This document shows, in pieces, positions 30,371 to 44,824 of a stretch of DNA of 64,000 nt. The notes under the pieces are model-generated. The model worked only from the letters and a program-made list of their open reading frames with translations. It ran no database searches and was not told the origin of the DNA. Positions within the stretch are counted from its first letter, which is position 1. Every line of letters starts with the position of its first letter. The stretch comes from the human T2T-CHM13v2.0 reference genome, Homo sapiens: assembly GCA_009914755.4 (NCBI GenBank), contig CP068257.2, positions 38,496,001-38,560,000 on the forward strand. Direction: 5' to 3'. The position numbers and the translations under genes were made by a program.

Positions 30371-30830
30371 GACCCTGAAAACCTGAGACAGGTCTCAGTT
30401 AATTTAGAAAGTTTATTTTGCGAAGGTTGAGGACGTACCCACAACACAGCTTCAGGAGGTCCTGACAACACGTGCCCAGGGTGGTCGGGGCACAGTTTGG
30501 TTTTATACATTTTAGGGAGACGTGAGACATCAATCAATATAGGTAAGAAGTATATTGGTTCGGTCTGGAAGGCAGGACAACCTGAAGCAAAGGCAAGAAG
30601 ACAGGAAGCGGGGAGGGGACTTACAGGTCACAGGTAGGTGAGAGGGGAAGGGTTGCGTTCTTCTGAGTTTCTGATCAGCCTTTCCAAAGGAGGCCATCAA
30701 ATATGCATCTATCTCAGTGAGCAGAGGGGTGACTTTGAATAGAATGGGAGGCAGGTTGGCCCTGAGCAGTTTCCAGCTTGACTTTTCCTTAGTGATTTTG
30801 GGGGCCAAAAAGATATTTTCCTTTCATAGG

Positions 30831-31228
30831 TGTATGTGGTGTTTGTGTACGTGTGGTGTGGTATGTGGTGTATATGGAGTGTGTGTCATGTGGTGGGTGA
30901 TGTACATGCAGTTTGTGTATGTGTATGAGGGGTGTGTGTCATGTGGCGTGTGGTATATGAGGGATGTGTGTGTGGTGTGATATGTGGTGTATGTGTGGTG
31001 TGTGTGTGTGGTATGCGTGGTGTGGTATGTGTGGTGTATGTGGGGTGTGTGTATGTGTGTTGTGTGTGCATGTGGGGTGTGTGAGGTGTGGTGTGTGTGG
31101 TGAGTGTGGGATATGTGTGGGTGTGGTGTGGTATGTGATGTTTGTGAGGTGTGTGTGTGGTATGTGTGGTGTGTGGTGTATGTGGGGTGCATGTATGTGT
31201 GGTGTGTGCGCACGTGTATGTGGTGTCG
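30831..31228. repeat. GT-rich degenerate tandem array, block 2 (about 400 bp), same motif family as block 1
   Basis: tgtatgtggtgtttgtgtacgtgtggtgtggtatgtggtgtatatggagtgtgtg...ggtgtgtggtgtatgtggggtgcatgtatgtgtggtgtgtgcgcacgtgtatgtggtgtc. It is separated from block 1 by 460 bp of complex sequence (30371-30830). Confidence 0.85.
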
Positions 31229-32486
31229 GTCAGCAGTCACTTCCTGCTCAGTGTCTGTGGGAATCCAGCCAGTCCCGGAGGCTGCAGTCTGGGGAGTTTG
31301 TGCAAAAGTGTCCAGTAGCCCCGTGAACTGACCTGCCTCATAAACGAAATCTCTCAGGTAGCAGGAAGAGTGACCATTCGCAGGCAGGTTCATGTTTCTG
31401 AAGGTTTCTTGCTTATCTTTCGGAAATGAAGTGCAGACTTCTACATCGCACATTTATCTCATCACTTTGATTTTAATCCCATGAGTGAAAGTATCTTTAA
31501 AAAGCTGCATGCACACTCCCAAGCATTTCTTTGTTTAAAGAATTATGTTTTTGAATATTCAAGTTTTCAAAGCTTTAAAGGTATGAAGCCACATCTTTCA
31601 TTTTAGAATGAAGATACCAGCAGGCAATGCTAGCAAATGTGAGTGAGCTTAGAAAATATGGGTGATGTGGATGAAGTCACCACTGGATTCTGAAATATTT
31701 CCAATAAGAACAGAAAAGACATCTTAGCATAACACTGCCTTTCAAAGAACATTAAGGGTATTTAATTTCATCCACTCAATATAAGGAGTAGAAATCAGAA
31801 GAAACATATGTAATGATATCCTATGGTATTTTGTCCATAAAAATAGATGACTTTTGCAAATTTTCATTGCTCTTTACTCTGGGGTGTTTTAAAACTTGTG
31901 TTTAGGTGGGAGGGGTGAAGGTGTTACAGAATCATCTACTTAAATCTGCCCTTCTGTGGGGCTGTCCCTTCTTGGGTCTGTGGTTCTGTATTCATTAGCA
32001 TCTCCCTCGGTCACTGGTCTGGAACCTCCACAGGGACAGACACAGCAACCTTGGTGTTTCCCATGAGCTCAGTGTCGAGTGGGTGTTTGGCAAATGTGTC
32101 TACTGCAGGACCAAGGAGGGCGGGGGGGTTCTTCTAGATTGCCTCCCATGGCTGGTACTGCTCCAGGTACTACATGTGGCAACAAAGGCATGAGGTCTGC
32201 TCTCAGTCCTGAGAAACACATGTTAGGGACACAGTTAGGGACATGCAGAGCTAAGGCTCAAAGGCCTATGCTCGCTGAGCCAGTAATGCTTGTGCTGCTC
32301 ATGTGTCTTCTTGCCTTTACTGTTGCACCAACCGTGGAGGCTGCTGCCACCTGTGGAGCCCTATGTTTACCTGCATGGGGACAGGGGTCTGCCTGGTAGA
32401 ACAGATCCAGGTGGTCCTGAGCAGGGAAGGGATAGGTCCTTGACCGCATTTGCCCAAAATTAGAGGTGAGCACTCATCAGGGATCA

Positions 32487-32812
<326 letters not shown>

Positions 32813-33157
32813 AAGAAACCCCAAACAAGAGGGAAGGTACTGTCCAGTGACGGGGGGTGCAGGAGGGGGCTGGAAATGGAGGGCAGGGGAGGAGGCAGGT
32901 GTGGGCCCCCCAGGCTTGGGACAGAGACAGTGAGCAGGCTTCCAGAGGCCTTTCCTGCTGGGGGCTGCAGCCTCGCTCTGCCCCAGCACACTCACGCAGC
33001 CCGGCCCAGCCTGGTGGGCACCACTCGCAGCCTGAGGGCGAAGACACTGAGGTGTTGCTGCAAGAAACTTGTGGCCCCAATCTTATGTCCACTTGAGAAA
33101 GTCGTTTATTCAAAGCCTTGCCCTAAACAAACAGGAACATTTTGCCCTACCACTTGA

Positions 33158-33184
33158 AATACACACACACACACACACACACAC
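33158..33184. repeat. (CA)n microsatellite, followed by a purine-rich GA tract (33185-33250)
   Basis: acacacacacacacacacacacacacg followed by ataaagaacaaggaaaagagagaggaggagaaggggaaggaagaggagaaagag. Confidence 0.85.
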
Positions 33185-33626
33185 GATAAAGAACAAGGAA
33201 AAGAGAGAGGAGGAGAAGGGGAAGGAAGAGGAGAAAGAGAAACAGGAGACAAAACGGGAGGGCCCTGAACTTCCTGGCCCCCTCCTGAGTGCCCCCCTCC
33301 ATGTGCCTGGGCACTCTTCCCACACCCACTTACAGCACAACTACAGGAAATTTAACGTTTCCCCGCGGAGTTCTATTTGGGAAGTAGGAAGAGGCCAACA
33401 TTTTAGAATACATATCACACAGAATGTTCTAGATAGAGATGGAGGTTTTGGTGCTGCCTGCAGAGCCTTGACATAGACATAATTAGGAAAATACATCCAT
33501 GTTGAAATTTCCCAAGTGCCGCCCCCGCCTAGGCTTCAACTTGGGTTTCGAAGGTGTGTGATGTTTTAAACAAAGAGACCTGTTCAAATGTCAGATGAGG
33601 GATGACAGAAAAGGGGAAAGTGTCTA

Positions 33627-33974
<348 letters not shown>

Positions 33975-34695
33975 TCAATATGCAAGCAAAAAATTGCACT
34001 CAACCCCAAAATGAAAGAAAAAATAACAAAGATCACTTCCCTGGAAAAATCTTATGATAACTCAGTGCTCAGTAAAATATCATGAGTCAATGCATATATT
34101 CTAATGGATTCCATAGTCTCTCTTTCCAACTTAGTTTCTTTACTTTTAGGACAGTTGTTGGGACTTGAGTCGTGTACCCTTCTTAATTTTATTGCCTGAG
34201 TAGAAAATCATTGTTTGTCTGATTTATTTTCCCCTTACTCTTGGAAGTTACTTCTTTAAGTTGCATTTACTTTATAGAGTACGGTACCTCTGTATTTAGT
34301 AATATCTGGCATATAAATTGGAAGCTGAACCATTGTAAAGTGCTAAAAAGTAGAAACATAATCATAGATTTCTCCTGTCTCATCCTCATCCCTTTCTCTA
34401 GAGGGAAGAGAGACCATAGACAGGTCAGAAGAATATTGAAAATATTTTTAGTACTGAGCTTTTGTAAACCTTAAATGTTGGCGCTGGGGCGGTGCAAAAT
34501 ACTGGCTGAGACACGCATCTTAATGAAAAATGAGCATTGAAGCAAAAACAAAGGCATATTTAACGACTATTGCAATTATGAAGATAGACAATTCCAGTGT
34601 TCAGGCTGCAAGTCATTGAAGACTCCTCTCCTCGCAAAAATTGTCAGATATTACAGGTGCAAGTCCTATCTGCCTCCGCAAACCTGTGATCAAGG

Positions 34696-35040
<345 letters not shown>

Positions 35041-35202
35041 TCAAAGCTACCACTTATTGCTACAAATAACCCCATATCTTAACTTCCTGCCTAAAACACT
35101 GTGCCTCTGGATACCAGGGTTCTCTATTTTCAAGCACTACTGGAAATTTGAGCTTCTGGGTTATTCTCAGTGACATGGTGGAAGGGCTAATTAATTTATC
35201 TC

Positions 35203-35218
35203 GGCCGCTAGGGGGCGA
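35203..35218 (+). promoter_or_regulatory. Candidate CTCF-binding motif (GGCCGCTAGGGGGCGA) embedded in a local CpG cluster
   Basis: It matches the CTCF core CCASYAGRKGGCRS (GGCCACCAGGGGGCGC) at about 13 of 16 positions. The surrounding tcggccgctagggggcgatcgatc holds 5 CpGs in 25 bp inside otherwise CpG-poor intron. Confidence 0.3.
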
Positions 35219-35568
35219 TCGATCACTGTGCAATCTGAAAATTCCTTTTCTCTGTACTCAGAATGCTTGAAAATAGGAAACAATGAAAAATAAAATAAAT
35301 TTTAAAAAACCTTCTTAACATTTGGGAGAAAGTTTTTTAGCAAATAGCATTTCTGCATTCTCGTGAGACTTCTGCAGTAATAGAGAGAGCCTTGTTTTCA
35401 CTCCAGAAAAGCCCAATTCTTGTACCTGAAATGAATGAGGAAGAGTCTGAAAAGGGAGGGACTTGCTGGCTTTGCAGTCCAGCCCTGCCCCAGGGCGGGC
35501 AGATCAGCGGGGTGGGCGAGGTCACGAGGGAAGGCTTTTCCACCCGAGACCCCAGGCCCTGCAGGTCA

Positions 35569-35916
<348 letters not shown>

Positions 35917-36713
35917 CTAAACAGGAGAGAAAAGAACACACTAAAGAAGTCTTGAGGTAGGACAAGAGCGAAATCAACGCCCACACCCACGTAGGAAAGC
36001 AGAAATAAAGTGGAGTCATCGCCACGATGCTGGGGCGGTGGTCCGGTAGCAGCCGCAAACCCACGTACAGTGCAACTTGGTCTGTGCCAGGCACCCTTCC
36101 TTTACCTGTGAATGCATCCGGCCCTCCCAGCCCCTCTGAGCCACTGGACCGTCAATGGACACAGGAGGTCACCTGAGTATGCATGGCAGGAGCGGAATCT
36201 GAACATGGGTGTTGGGCCCCAGAGCCTGCGCTCTCATTCTGTCCTTCATGATGTACTGGTTGACTTGTCTAACTGGCGAGAAAGTGTCAAAATACAGATC
36301 ATGTTTGTGGCGTCTCCAGGTACGCTTACGACCGGGTGAGACTGACCCTCAGGCCTGCACCCAGCAAGAACTCTCGGGCTCGCTGCTGTGTGCCAGGCCT
36401 TGTTCCAGGCACCAGGGAATAGAATTGAGTTTGGAAATGTAAGAAGACAAAAGAAAAGACCCCCGTCCTCATGGAGCTTACATTCTAAGGAAATATCCCA
36501 GAATCACAGTGTTTCCAGGTTGAAAACTGGCATGGGAAGGTGAGTGCACACCCAATAGGAAGGTAATCTCTTTCATGAAGCCCCGAATCATTCTGGAATG
36601 ATTTGGGGGTGATTAAATGTGGGGCAAGAGAGAGGCTGGTGCTAACTCCACCCTGCTGATGTGAAGATGGTCCACCAGGTCAAAGTAGGATTTAGGCTGA
36701 TGCGTAGGACTCA

Positions 36714-37097
<384 letters not shown>

Positions 37098-37110
37098 TCA
37101 GGCAGTCAAC

Positions 37111-37235
37111 AGATATGTGTGTTTATGTGTATGCGTGTATGTATACATACACACATACATGTGTATGTATGTATACATGTACATATGTATGTATATACAT
37201 ATACACGTACACACATACATTTAAGTACAAACTAT
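37111..37235. repeat. (TG/TA/CA)-rich compound simple repeat
   Basis: atgtgtgtttatgtgtatgcgtgtatgtatacatacacacatacatgtgtatgtatgtatacatgtacatatgtatgtatatacatatacacgtacacacatacattt. Confidence 0.75.
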
Positions 37236-39784
37236 GGATCTGGATCTCTCAAGCCTCTGAAAGCTTTCTCCGTCCTGAAAGTGTTTATAATCGACCTGCA
37301 GAGAGGAAATAAGCACTTAAGAACCTGTAGAGAACTATGAAGTGTGGAAATGCATGGTAAGAAAGTGAAGGCCAGCAGGCATCTAGAAAGTGTGAGTATG
37401 GGTGGTCTGAAGTGGTGGGAAGACTCAGAGCCCAGGTGGGCTTGACGGAGGGGGGGAGGTGGCGGGGCACGGCTCAGAGAAGTAGAAGGATGATGGGGTG
37501 AGTGGAGCCTGCAAAGGGTGCACACCTGCCCAGCGGTAAGTCAGGAGGGAACGGACAGAGTGGAGCAAGACCTTGAAAACCTGCCAAATGTGACCGGGGG
37601 AGGGCAGACAATGAGAAGTCAGAAGAAGGTTTCGAGCTGATGAACAGCATTGATGGATTCAGCAAACACTTATGGATTGCCTAATAATAACTTCCCAGGG
37701 GATTCCATGCCTCAGCCTGTCATTAGTAATAAGTCTGACTTATCCAAGAGCAGTAAAATCATTTTTGTTTTTCACAGCAAGTTTCTCCATTTATGGTTTT
37801 CTTGGACTCCACTTGCTTTTCCCAACAGCCAATCTAATTTAGTATATTCATGGTGCCAGCAGGTGTCAGTGAAACAGTCGCGTAAACCATTTATTTATTT
37901 GTATCTGTTGGCTCGGAGTTAGACCCTGGTGGAAGAGCTCATACCTTTTTTATTATAAACAAATGTCTATGCTCCTCTGAATCCACAGATGTGCTGGCTT
38001 TTGCATTGATGAGCTATGGCTTTTCTCACTGTTTAGAAATAGATTTCAAGATTCTATGTTTTGAAAATTCAATTACTCTATGTGAAAATTGTTTTGCTGC
38101 AACCACTGAATTACATTTATGTGACCTAATTAATTAATCAAATGAATTTCCCTGTAAACGTCACCTATAAGTCAAATTTACCAACAAAGAGATTTCCCCT
38201 ATTTTACCTAGTGTTTTAATGTTAGATATAGTGACCCAAATAAAATAATATTATTTTTTAAATGAGATTTACATCCATTAAATATTCTAATTGTTCAACT
38301 GGCTCCCGGTGAGGCTTTAAGCCTCCCTAAGACAGCAAGTTGGATTCACAGTATGGGGGCTGTGGAGTCAGGTCAAGAAGAGTAGACAGTAAAGTCAAAT
38401 GCCTGTGAGAAAGTGTTTTCATAGAGCCACCAATTTAGCTAAATCCTCCACAAGAATGAAGGGACCTGCTTGCTGACATGTAGTTCCTCCAGTTTGGGGG
38501 GATTAATCCTGCCTGTGATCTGTTTGTACAGGTAGAAAGGAGAAATCTTCCCTTGTTTCCTCTCCATGGGTGAAAACCCATCCTAACTAGCTTAACTATA
38601 ATAGACAACGCAGGTGTTTTTGTTCTGTTCCATTTCAATATTTTGTTAAAAAGAAAAAGAAAATTCTTTACATTTTTCTTAGAAGAACTACATTTCAGTC
38701 CTGTGGTTCTAAAATAAAGCTTATTTTTTCTTAGTTGATACTTCTGCAAAATATTGTGTGGAATAATTATCTCATTTTGTTTTATAATAAAAGTAAACAA
38801 CCACCATTTCTATCCAATGCAATTCTATTCACATTTTGATGCATTTCAGTCTATTTATCTAAAGTAAAGTGTTTTGCCCCACATAGCTGTGTTTGTAGCC
38901 TGTACAATTTAGTGTCTGAGTTTTTCTTCTTCATTTAATATGCTATTATGATTATATTCCCATCTTTACTTCATAGTCTTTAAATATCATATTCCATCAT
39001 ATTGATGTTTTATTTTATTTAACCTTTTTTTAATTGTTGGGGATATTATTGTTTCCAGGTTTATTTACTACCACAAATGCTATGTTAGACACCTTCACAA
39101 TATAGTTTCTCTGTTTCTAAGTTTATTTATTGAACTCAAGTCCCAGAAGTAGATGACCATCTTATTTTTTAAGTCCATGTTTCAATTGGCTGTTAATGAG
39201 ATAGGGCTTTTTTGATTATTATTCTTCCAGATGTGCAATATCATAGGGTAAGTTAAGGGATTATATCACAAGGAACAAACAAGAGAGCTCTCCTCTATTT
39301 TTCTTAATATTCCAATTTTGAAATGAAATATATGGAGTAGAGTTATGCGTTATTTGATGGTAGTAGTGTTTTTACATCTTTTTTTTTCAGGGTGCTAATA
39401 TGATCTATAGTTTTCATGCAGAATAAATTGTTGCACCTGAGGAAGAAGTGAGATGTGTTTCTTATAAAGGGAACATATACTTTCAGTTTCATAGCTTGCA
39501 GGTCCCCAAACTATAAGGTTTAAAAACAGACTTAAAAGGTAGTGGGAGAGGATGGGAGCAGCAGCCAGTGGTTGCAAGCTTTCTCTGTGGGGTGATGCAA
39601 ATGTTTACAATTATGGCTACGGCTGCACATCTCTGTAAACATATGAAATACCACTGAATCATACACTTAAAATAGGGAATGCTATGGCATGCTAACTGTA
39701 TCTCAATAAAGCTGTTTTTTACAAAGGTAGTGTGCTAACTCATCTCTAGGTTATCTTTCTATTTCAATTACAACACTAACTGGC

Positions 39785-41222
39785 ACCTCCACCATGATGA
39801 CCACCACCACCAATCAATGCTTACCACCTCTGCAGGTCACTGTCACCACTGCCAACATCAATGCCACTCCCTCAGGTCCCCCACACAGCCAAGCCACCAC
39901 CATCACTACTACCATCTTTACCACCATCATCACCACCAGCTTCATCTCTGTCAAAAATACTGTGAACACCACCACCACCAGCAATAGCATCTCTACCACT
40001 GACATCACCAACATTACAACCACCAGTATCAACATCACTGCCATAAAATTAACCTAATGGTAGAAGCACCTCTATCACTTCTTCCAACTTTACCACCATA
40101 TTTATCACAAACTTCACCAACAAACCACACTTTAACCTCCACTACTTCCATCATCATCCTTGATGTTACCACCATCACTGTCACTAAAAAGATGCTTCAC
40201 TTTATCACTATCCCAAAACCAACAACACTATCACCACCACCATCCATCACTCAATCACTATCCCAACACCAACACAACTATCACCACAACCATCCATCAC
40301 TCCATTACTATTCCAATATTAACATCACTACCACCGCAAATATCCATCACTCCATCACTATTCCAACACCAACATTGCCATCACCACAACCATCCATCAT
40401 TCCATCACTATCCCAACACCAATATCACTATCACCACAACCATCCATCACTCCATCACTATCCCAACACCAATATCACTATCACCACCACCATCCGTCAC
40501 TTCATCACTATCCCAATACCACCATCACTATCACCACCACCATCCATTACTTCTTCACTATCCCAACACCAACACCACTGTCACCACAACATCCATCACT
40601 CCATCACTATCCCAACACCAATACCACTGTCACCACAACATCCAATACTCCATCACTATCCCAACACCAACAGCACTGTCACCACAACATCCATCACTCC
40701 ATCACTATCCCAACACCAACACCACTGTCACCACAACATCCATCACTCCATCACTATCCCAACACCAACACCACTGTCACCACCACCATCCATCGCTCCA
40801 TCACTATCCCAACACCACCGTCACTATCACCACCACCATCCATCGCTCCATCACTATCCCAACACCACCATCACTATCACCACCACCATCCATTACTTCT
40901 TCACTATCCCAACACCAACACCACTGTCACAACATCCATCGCTCCATCACTATCCCAACACCAACACCACTGTCACCACCACCATCCATCACTCCATCAC
41001 AATCCCAACACCAACACCACTGTCACCACAACATCCATCACTCCATCACAATCCCAGTGCCAACATCACTATAACGACAACCATCCATTATTCCATCACT
41101 ATCCCAACACCAATATCACTATCACCACAACCATCCATCATTCCATTACTATCCCACACCAACATGAATGCCACCACAATGACCACAACTACTACTACCT
41201 CTACCACCTCCACTTCCACTTA
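39785..41222. repeat. CAC/CAT-rich minisatellite of about 1.4 kb; the regular core (about 40200-41160) has roughly 18-20 copies of a 51-57-bp unit
   Basis: The recurring unit is caccac(aa|cac)catccatcactccatcactatcccaacaccaacaccactgt with variants (aatatcactat, accatcactat, cattacttcttcact). It produces the stop-free track ORFs 40057-41226 and 40160-41074 (389 and 304 aa, H/T/S/P/I-rich). Confidence 0.85.
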
Positions 41223-44200
41223 TTGAACACTGTTTTTTCCCATTGTAATTGGTGCTTTATGTATATTATTTCATTTTCTTTCCCTAAAAAACCCCACACA
41301 GTATAAGTATGCTTCTTTACACATGAAGAAACAAAAGGTCAAATATGTTAAAACAACTATCTCAAGGCAAGTACAGGGTAGGAATTCTCCAAAGTTGTAT
41401 TTGGTATTAACCGCTCATAGAGCCTCAGAGAACTTTTCACCCTTTTGCAAAGTTTGTTAGTTTTGTAAAGTAATAGTATACATGGCATTTCTAATCAGAG
41501 GAAAATTTAATAGATCACATGAAGAGAAAATTGTATATTTTTATGCATAAAAGCAAGCAAAAATTCTTTATCAGGGAAAGTTTAAGTTACTTTATTAATT
41601 TGTAGATAGACTAGTCAGATTGAAATTTAGAAATGCATTTAAATTAAAGAAATCCTTGTGGATGTATTTTAAAACAACCTCTGAAAAAAATCCATAAATG
41701 TAGGGATTTTGTATATTAAGTGTAAGAAATGTTATGGCCTGTGGTTCAGGTTTTCGAAAATGACACTAGAGGCTCACTCTGAGTTATGGATGAGTCAGTA
41801 GGAGTGGAAGGTGTGCTTAGTGGAGACACGTGAATCCATTTGTCTGGCAGTGGGCTTCATATTCCCAAGGCAAATTAGTGCATAAGATCCTTAACTGGAA
41901 AATTGTTTTGAATGATGCTTTAGACATCTTTGCTTGGAGCATGTGTCTACTAGGAACAAAGGGAGATGGTTTTCTGGGATATAGAGAATATATCCTTATA
42001 GGGAAATGATCTTTAGAACACTGTATTAAGGTTGTTAATTAGCACTGTAGAACAATTGATACATGGGTGGAAATAATGGTTCACTTTCATGAAACTCAGT
42101 GAATGAGGTTAATGGTGGGGTAAGAAGAAAAGGAAAACAAGAAATCAGGTAGGGATCTGGAAACATATTTTGAATCTGAGTTGCATAATATTGGAGAAGA
42201 CAAATTTCCTAGGAAACCACTTTGACCATGCCTCTTTGATCTCTGTCTCCCGATCTCAGTAGTACCTGTTGTGAGATCTGATCGCTGCCTCATCTCTCAA
42301 GACTAATGCCTCCTGGGTGTTGCTTGCTCACCTGCGTTCCTCTCTGACTGCCTGAAAAAGGGTGGGGATCCCAACTGTCTTACATATTCCCACCTTATAA
42401 AAGCTGTTGTCAAAAAATGTTCTTCCTTCTTCTTTCAAAGAATACCCCCACTACTCCTTCTCTGCAGGCCAGCTCAGCTTCCAGCTCACCAGGGCTCTTC
42501 CCTAGACCACTCCCACCAAGAAGCCTTCTCCCTCCCTGGTCTCCACTGGCATTCACTGATCACTTCTACCTCCTCTAGTGGCCACCATTCTCAATGAAAC
42601 GTGGTTTCAAAGAATGTCATTGCAAGCTCTAGAATGCAAAGAACCCTACAGAATGAAATCTCACTTGTTATTTCCCCCTGTCTAAATCGGGGCTTCAACA
42701 CTGTGGATGTTCTCAGAAGATATTCTTGCAGATGGAGAAGAGAATGGTTTTGAACACACATGAGATGCAAAAAAAAGAGGTGGGTAAGAATGATCACAGG
42801 TACAGGTTTATAATCTAACTGGGTAAAGGACTGATAGCAAGGGTATGAAGTCAGAAGAAATTCCTTGACTGCAGACACATGGTTTAGCTGTTGAAGAGAG
42901 GCCTGGCTTAGCCACTACAGAAGTGGAGAACTCAGCAGTCTAGTGTGACAGCCGGGAAGTGTGGATTCAAGCTGAGAGTTGGCTTCCGCACTGGGACTTA
43001 GCCTGCTGGCCTACACAGAAGGATGACAGGTTGAGGCAGGATTTGGAGGGGTTGAGCTTCATTGCCCAGGCCCCACCAGGGATGAAAATAGCTTCTGATG
43101 AGCCAATTTATTTGGACACTGTCATTCATTTTTTTCCTTCTTAAAAGAAGGATTCCAGAAAGAGAATTTGCTCACTTACTCAGCCAGCCGGTGGGTTACA
43201 TGTTTTTATGATGATGGACCTGCAGATTTACAGCAAATCTCACCTGGTAACCAGTCATCTTAAGACAAATTAAAGGAGTCCTTTGAAACGTAAGCATATG
43301 GAAAAAAAAAAACACAAAAAAAACAAAAAACTAAGGGCTCCCTTCTACTCCTATTTAAGAACTCAATAAAACAAGGCCCTTTCCACAGGGAAAATGTTGA
43401 AATTTAGAAATGTGTTTAAGTTAAAGAAATCCTTGAGGACGTATTTACAAACAACCGACTTCTTTCCTAAGTGAGTGCTTTCTGTTTGCCTCTTCTCAAA
43501 TCCCCTTGAACGCAGTGCAAATCTAAGAGAAGGTCATGCCTGCTCCTTGTTAGGTTTCTCACACAAAGATTGTTTTTCCCATGTTGAACTTTACTCCCCC
43601 ATTCATTTGCCTTTGGATTCAGTAATGATCCTGATTTCTTCTCATTTCTTTCATTTATCTGCCATCTGTGGAATGCTCTCTCCCCCTTCCTAGCCTGGCA
43701 GGTTTTTTTCTCCTGTAGTCCTCCTCAACAGCCTCCTTTCATCCTCCCAGATGCCCTTTCTCCAGCTTCCAAATCCCTCCCAACCTCCACTTCCTTTAAG
43801 AAACCTTCTCTTTTGATCTCCATGACAACAGTCGCACCATGTCAATGTATTTGCACGGTGTGCAAGTGACTTATTTTATATGTCCTTCTCAATCAGTCGG
43901 CTGCAAGCCGCCTGTGGCAGATGCATCATCCTTTAAAGGGACAGTAAAACAGTAGACGTGCAAATGCTCACTGCACCTGCCTGGATGTGAATGATTAGAA
44001 CAGGCATCTCTTGTGCTGAAGACCACCAGCCATGTTCTGTTTCCCTCATGCCTCCTACCCCCTTCCCATTGAAAGGAAATGGCCTCTGCTGGATGTGCAG
44101 AATTCACCTGTTGGCTGGAGTCTGCTAAGAGCCTCACTGCAGAATTTCACGTTTGAAGAATGCTGCCTTTCTCAGGCATGCTGAATAATTTAGTTGGGAA

Positions 44201-44824
44201 ATGAATTGAACATTTTCTTTATAGATTCCTCCAAATCCACTTAAAATGTAATCTATCCTCATTTCCCTTATGTGACAAGTTGGGTGGACAGTCTTTTTCA
44301 TCTTTGTGCATTTTCTGCAGCCTCCCCTTACCTGCTTTCCAACATAAACAGTAGCCATTCCATAAGCTTGCTCAGTGAATGGGTGCATCACATTGAACAA
44401 ACCTTAACTGGGCATCTGTTCTACACAAGGCATGGCACAACCAGGGACACCTTTGAGTGAATCAGTGCTCAGAATACTGCCTGATACTTGCAGTGCTGAA
44501 GGTTTGCCCAGAGTACTATGGAGGGGCAAATCGTGGTCAGAAGGATTGCCAGAGAAGAGCATACTTCACCTGAGCTAAAGGGTGACTGGACATTGCCTTG
44601 GAGGGTACAATGCTGTCGCCAAAGCAATTGGCATACACAGCTGCACCCAGGTGCAAGGACAGAAGACACCCAGGAATGGAGAGAGGCTCAAGTGACTCTG
44701 GGGTGAGGTATCCATGGTGATCACAGGGGTGGGGGACGGTACAAGCACAGATGAAGCTAGGGACATATCTACGGGACAGAACCTATGGAGCCTGTATGTA
44801 GTGGTATGGTGCGCTACCAGCAAC

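Noticed and set aside
29376-30537. Minus-strand ORFs of up to 315 aa translating to HTHTPH-type repeats, plus many C/V/G/W-rich plus-strand ORFs
   Set aside because: They are artifacts of the GT-rich degenerate tandem array (CAC/ACA codons on the reverse strand and GTG/TGT on the forward strand). The composition is non-biological and there are no splice signals.
30371-30830. 460-bp spacer between the two GT-rich blocks, considered as a possible exon or independent gene
   Set aside because: No open frame of note and no splice signals. The sequence (gagacaggtctcagttaatttagaaagtttattttgc...tttatacattttagggagacgtgagacatcaatcaatat...) looks like an interspersed LTR-type repeat fragment. I could not classify it by eye, so it is not listed as a feature.
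40057-41226. Plus-strand ORFs of 389 and 304 aa (40057-41226 and 40160-41074) with H/T/S/P/I-rich translation
   Set aside because: They lie entirely within the 51-57-bp CAC/CAT minisatellite, and their openness is a consequence of a stop-free repeat unit. The peptide is a low-complexity echo of the DNA repeat. There is no start or splice context and no resemblance to any protein family I know.
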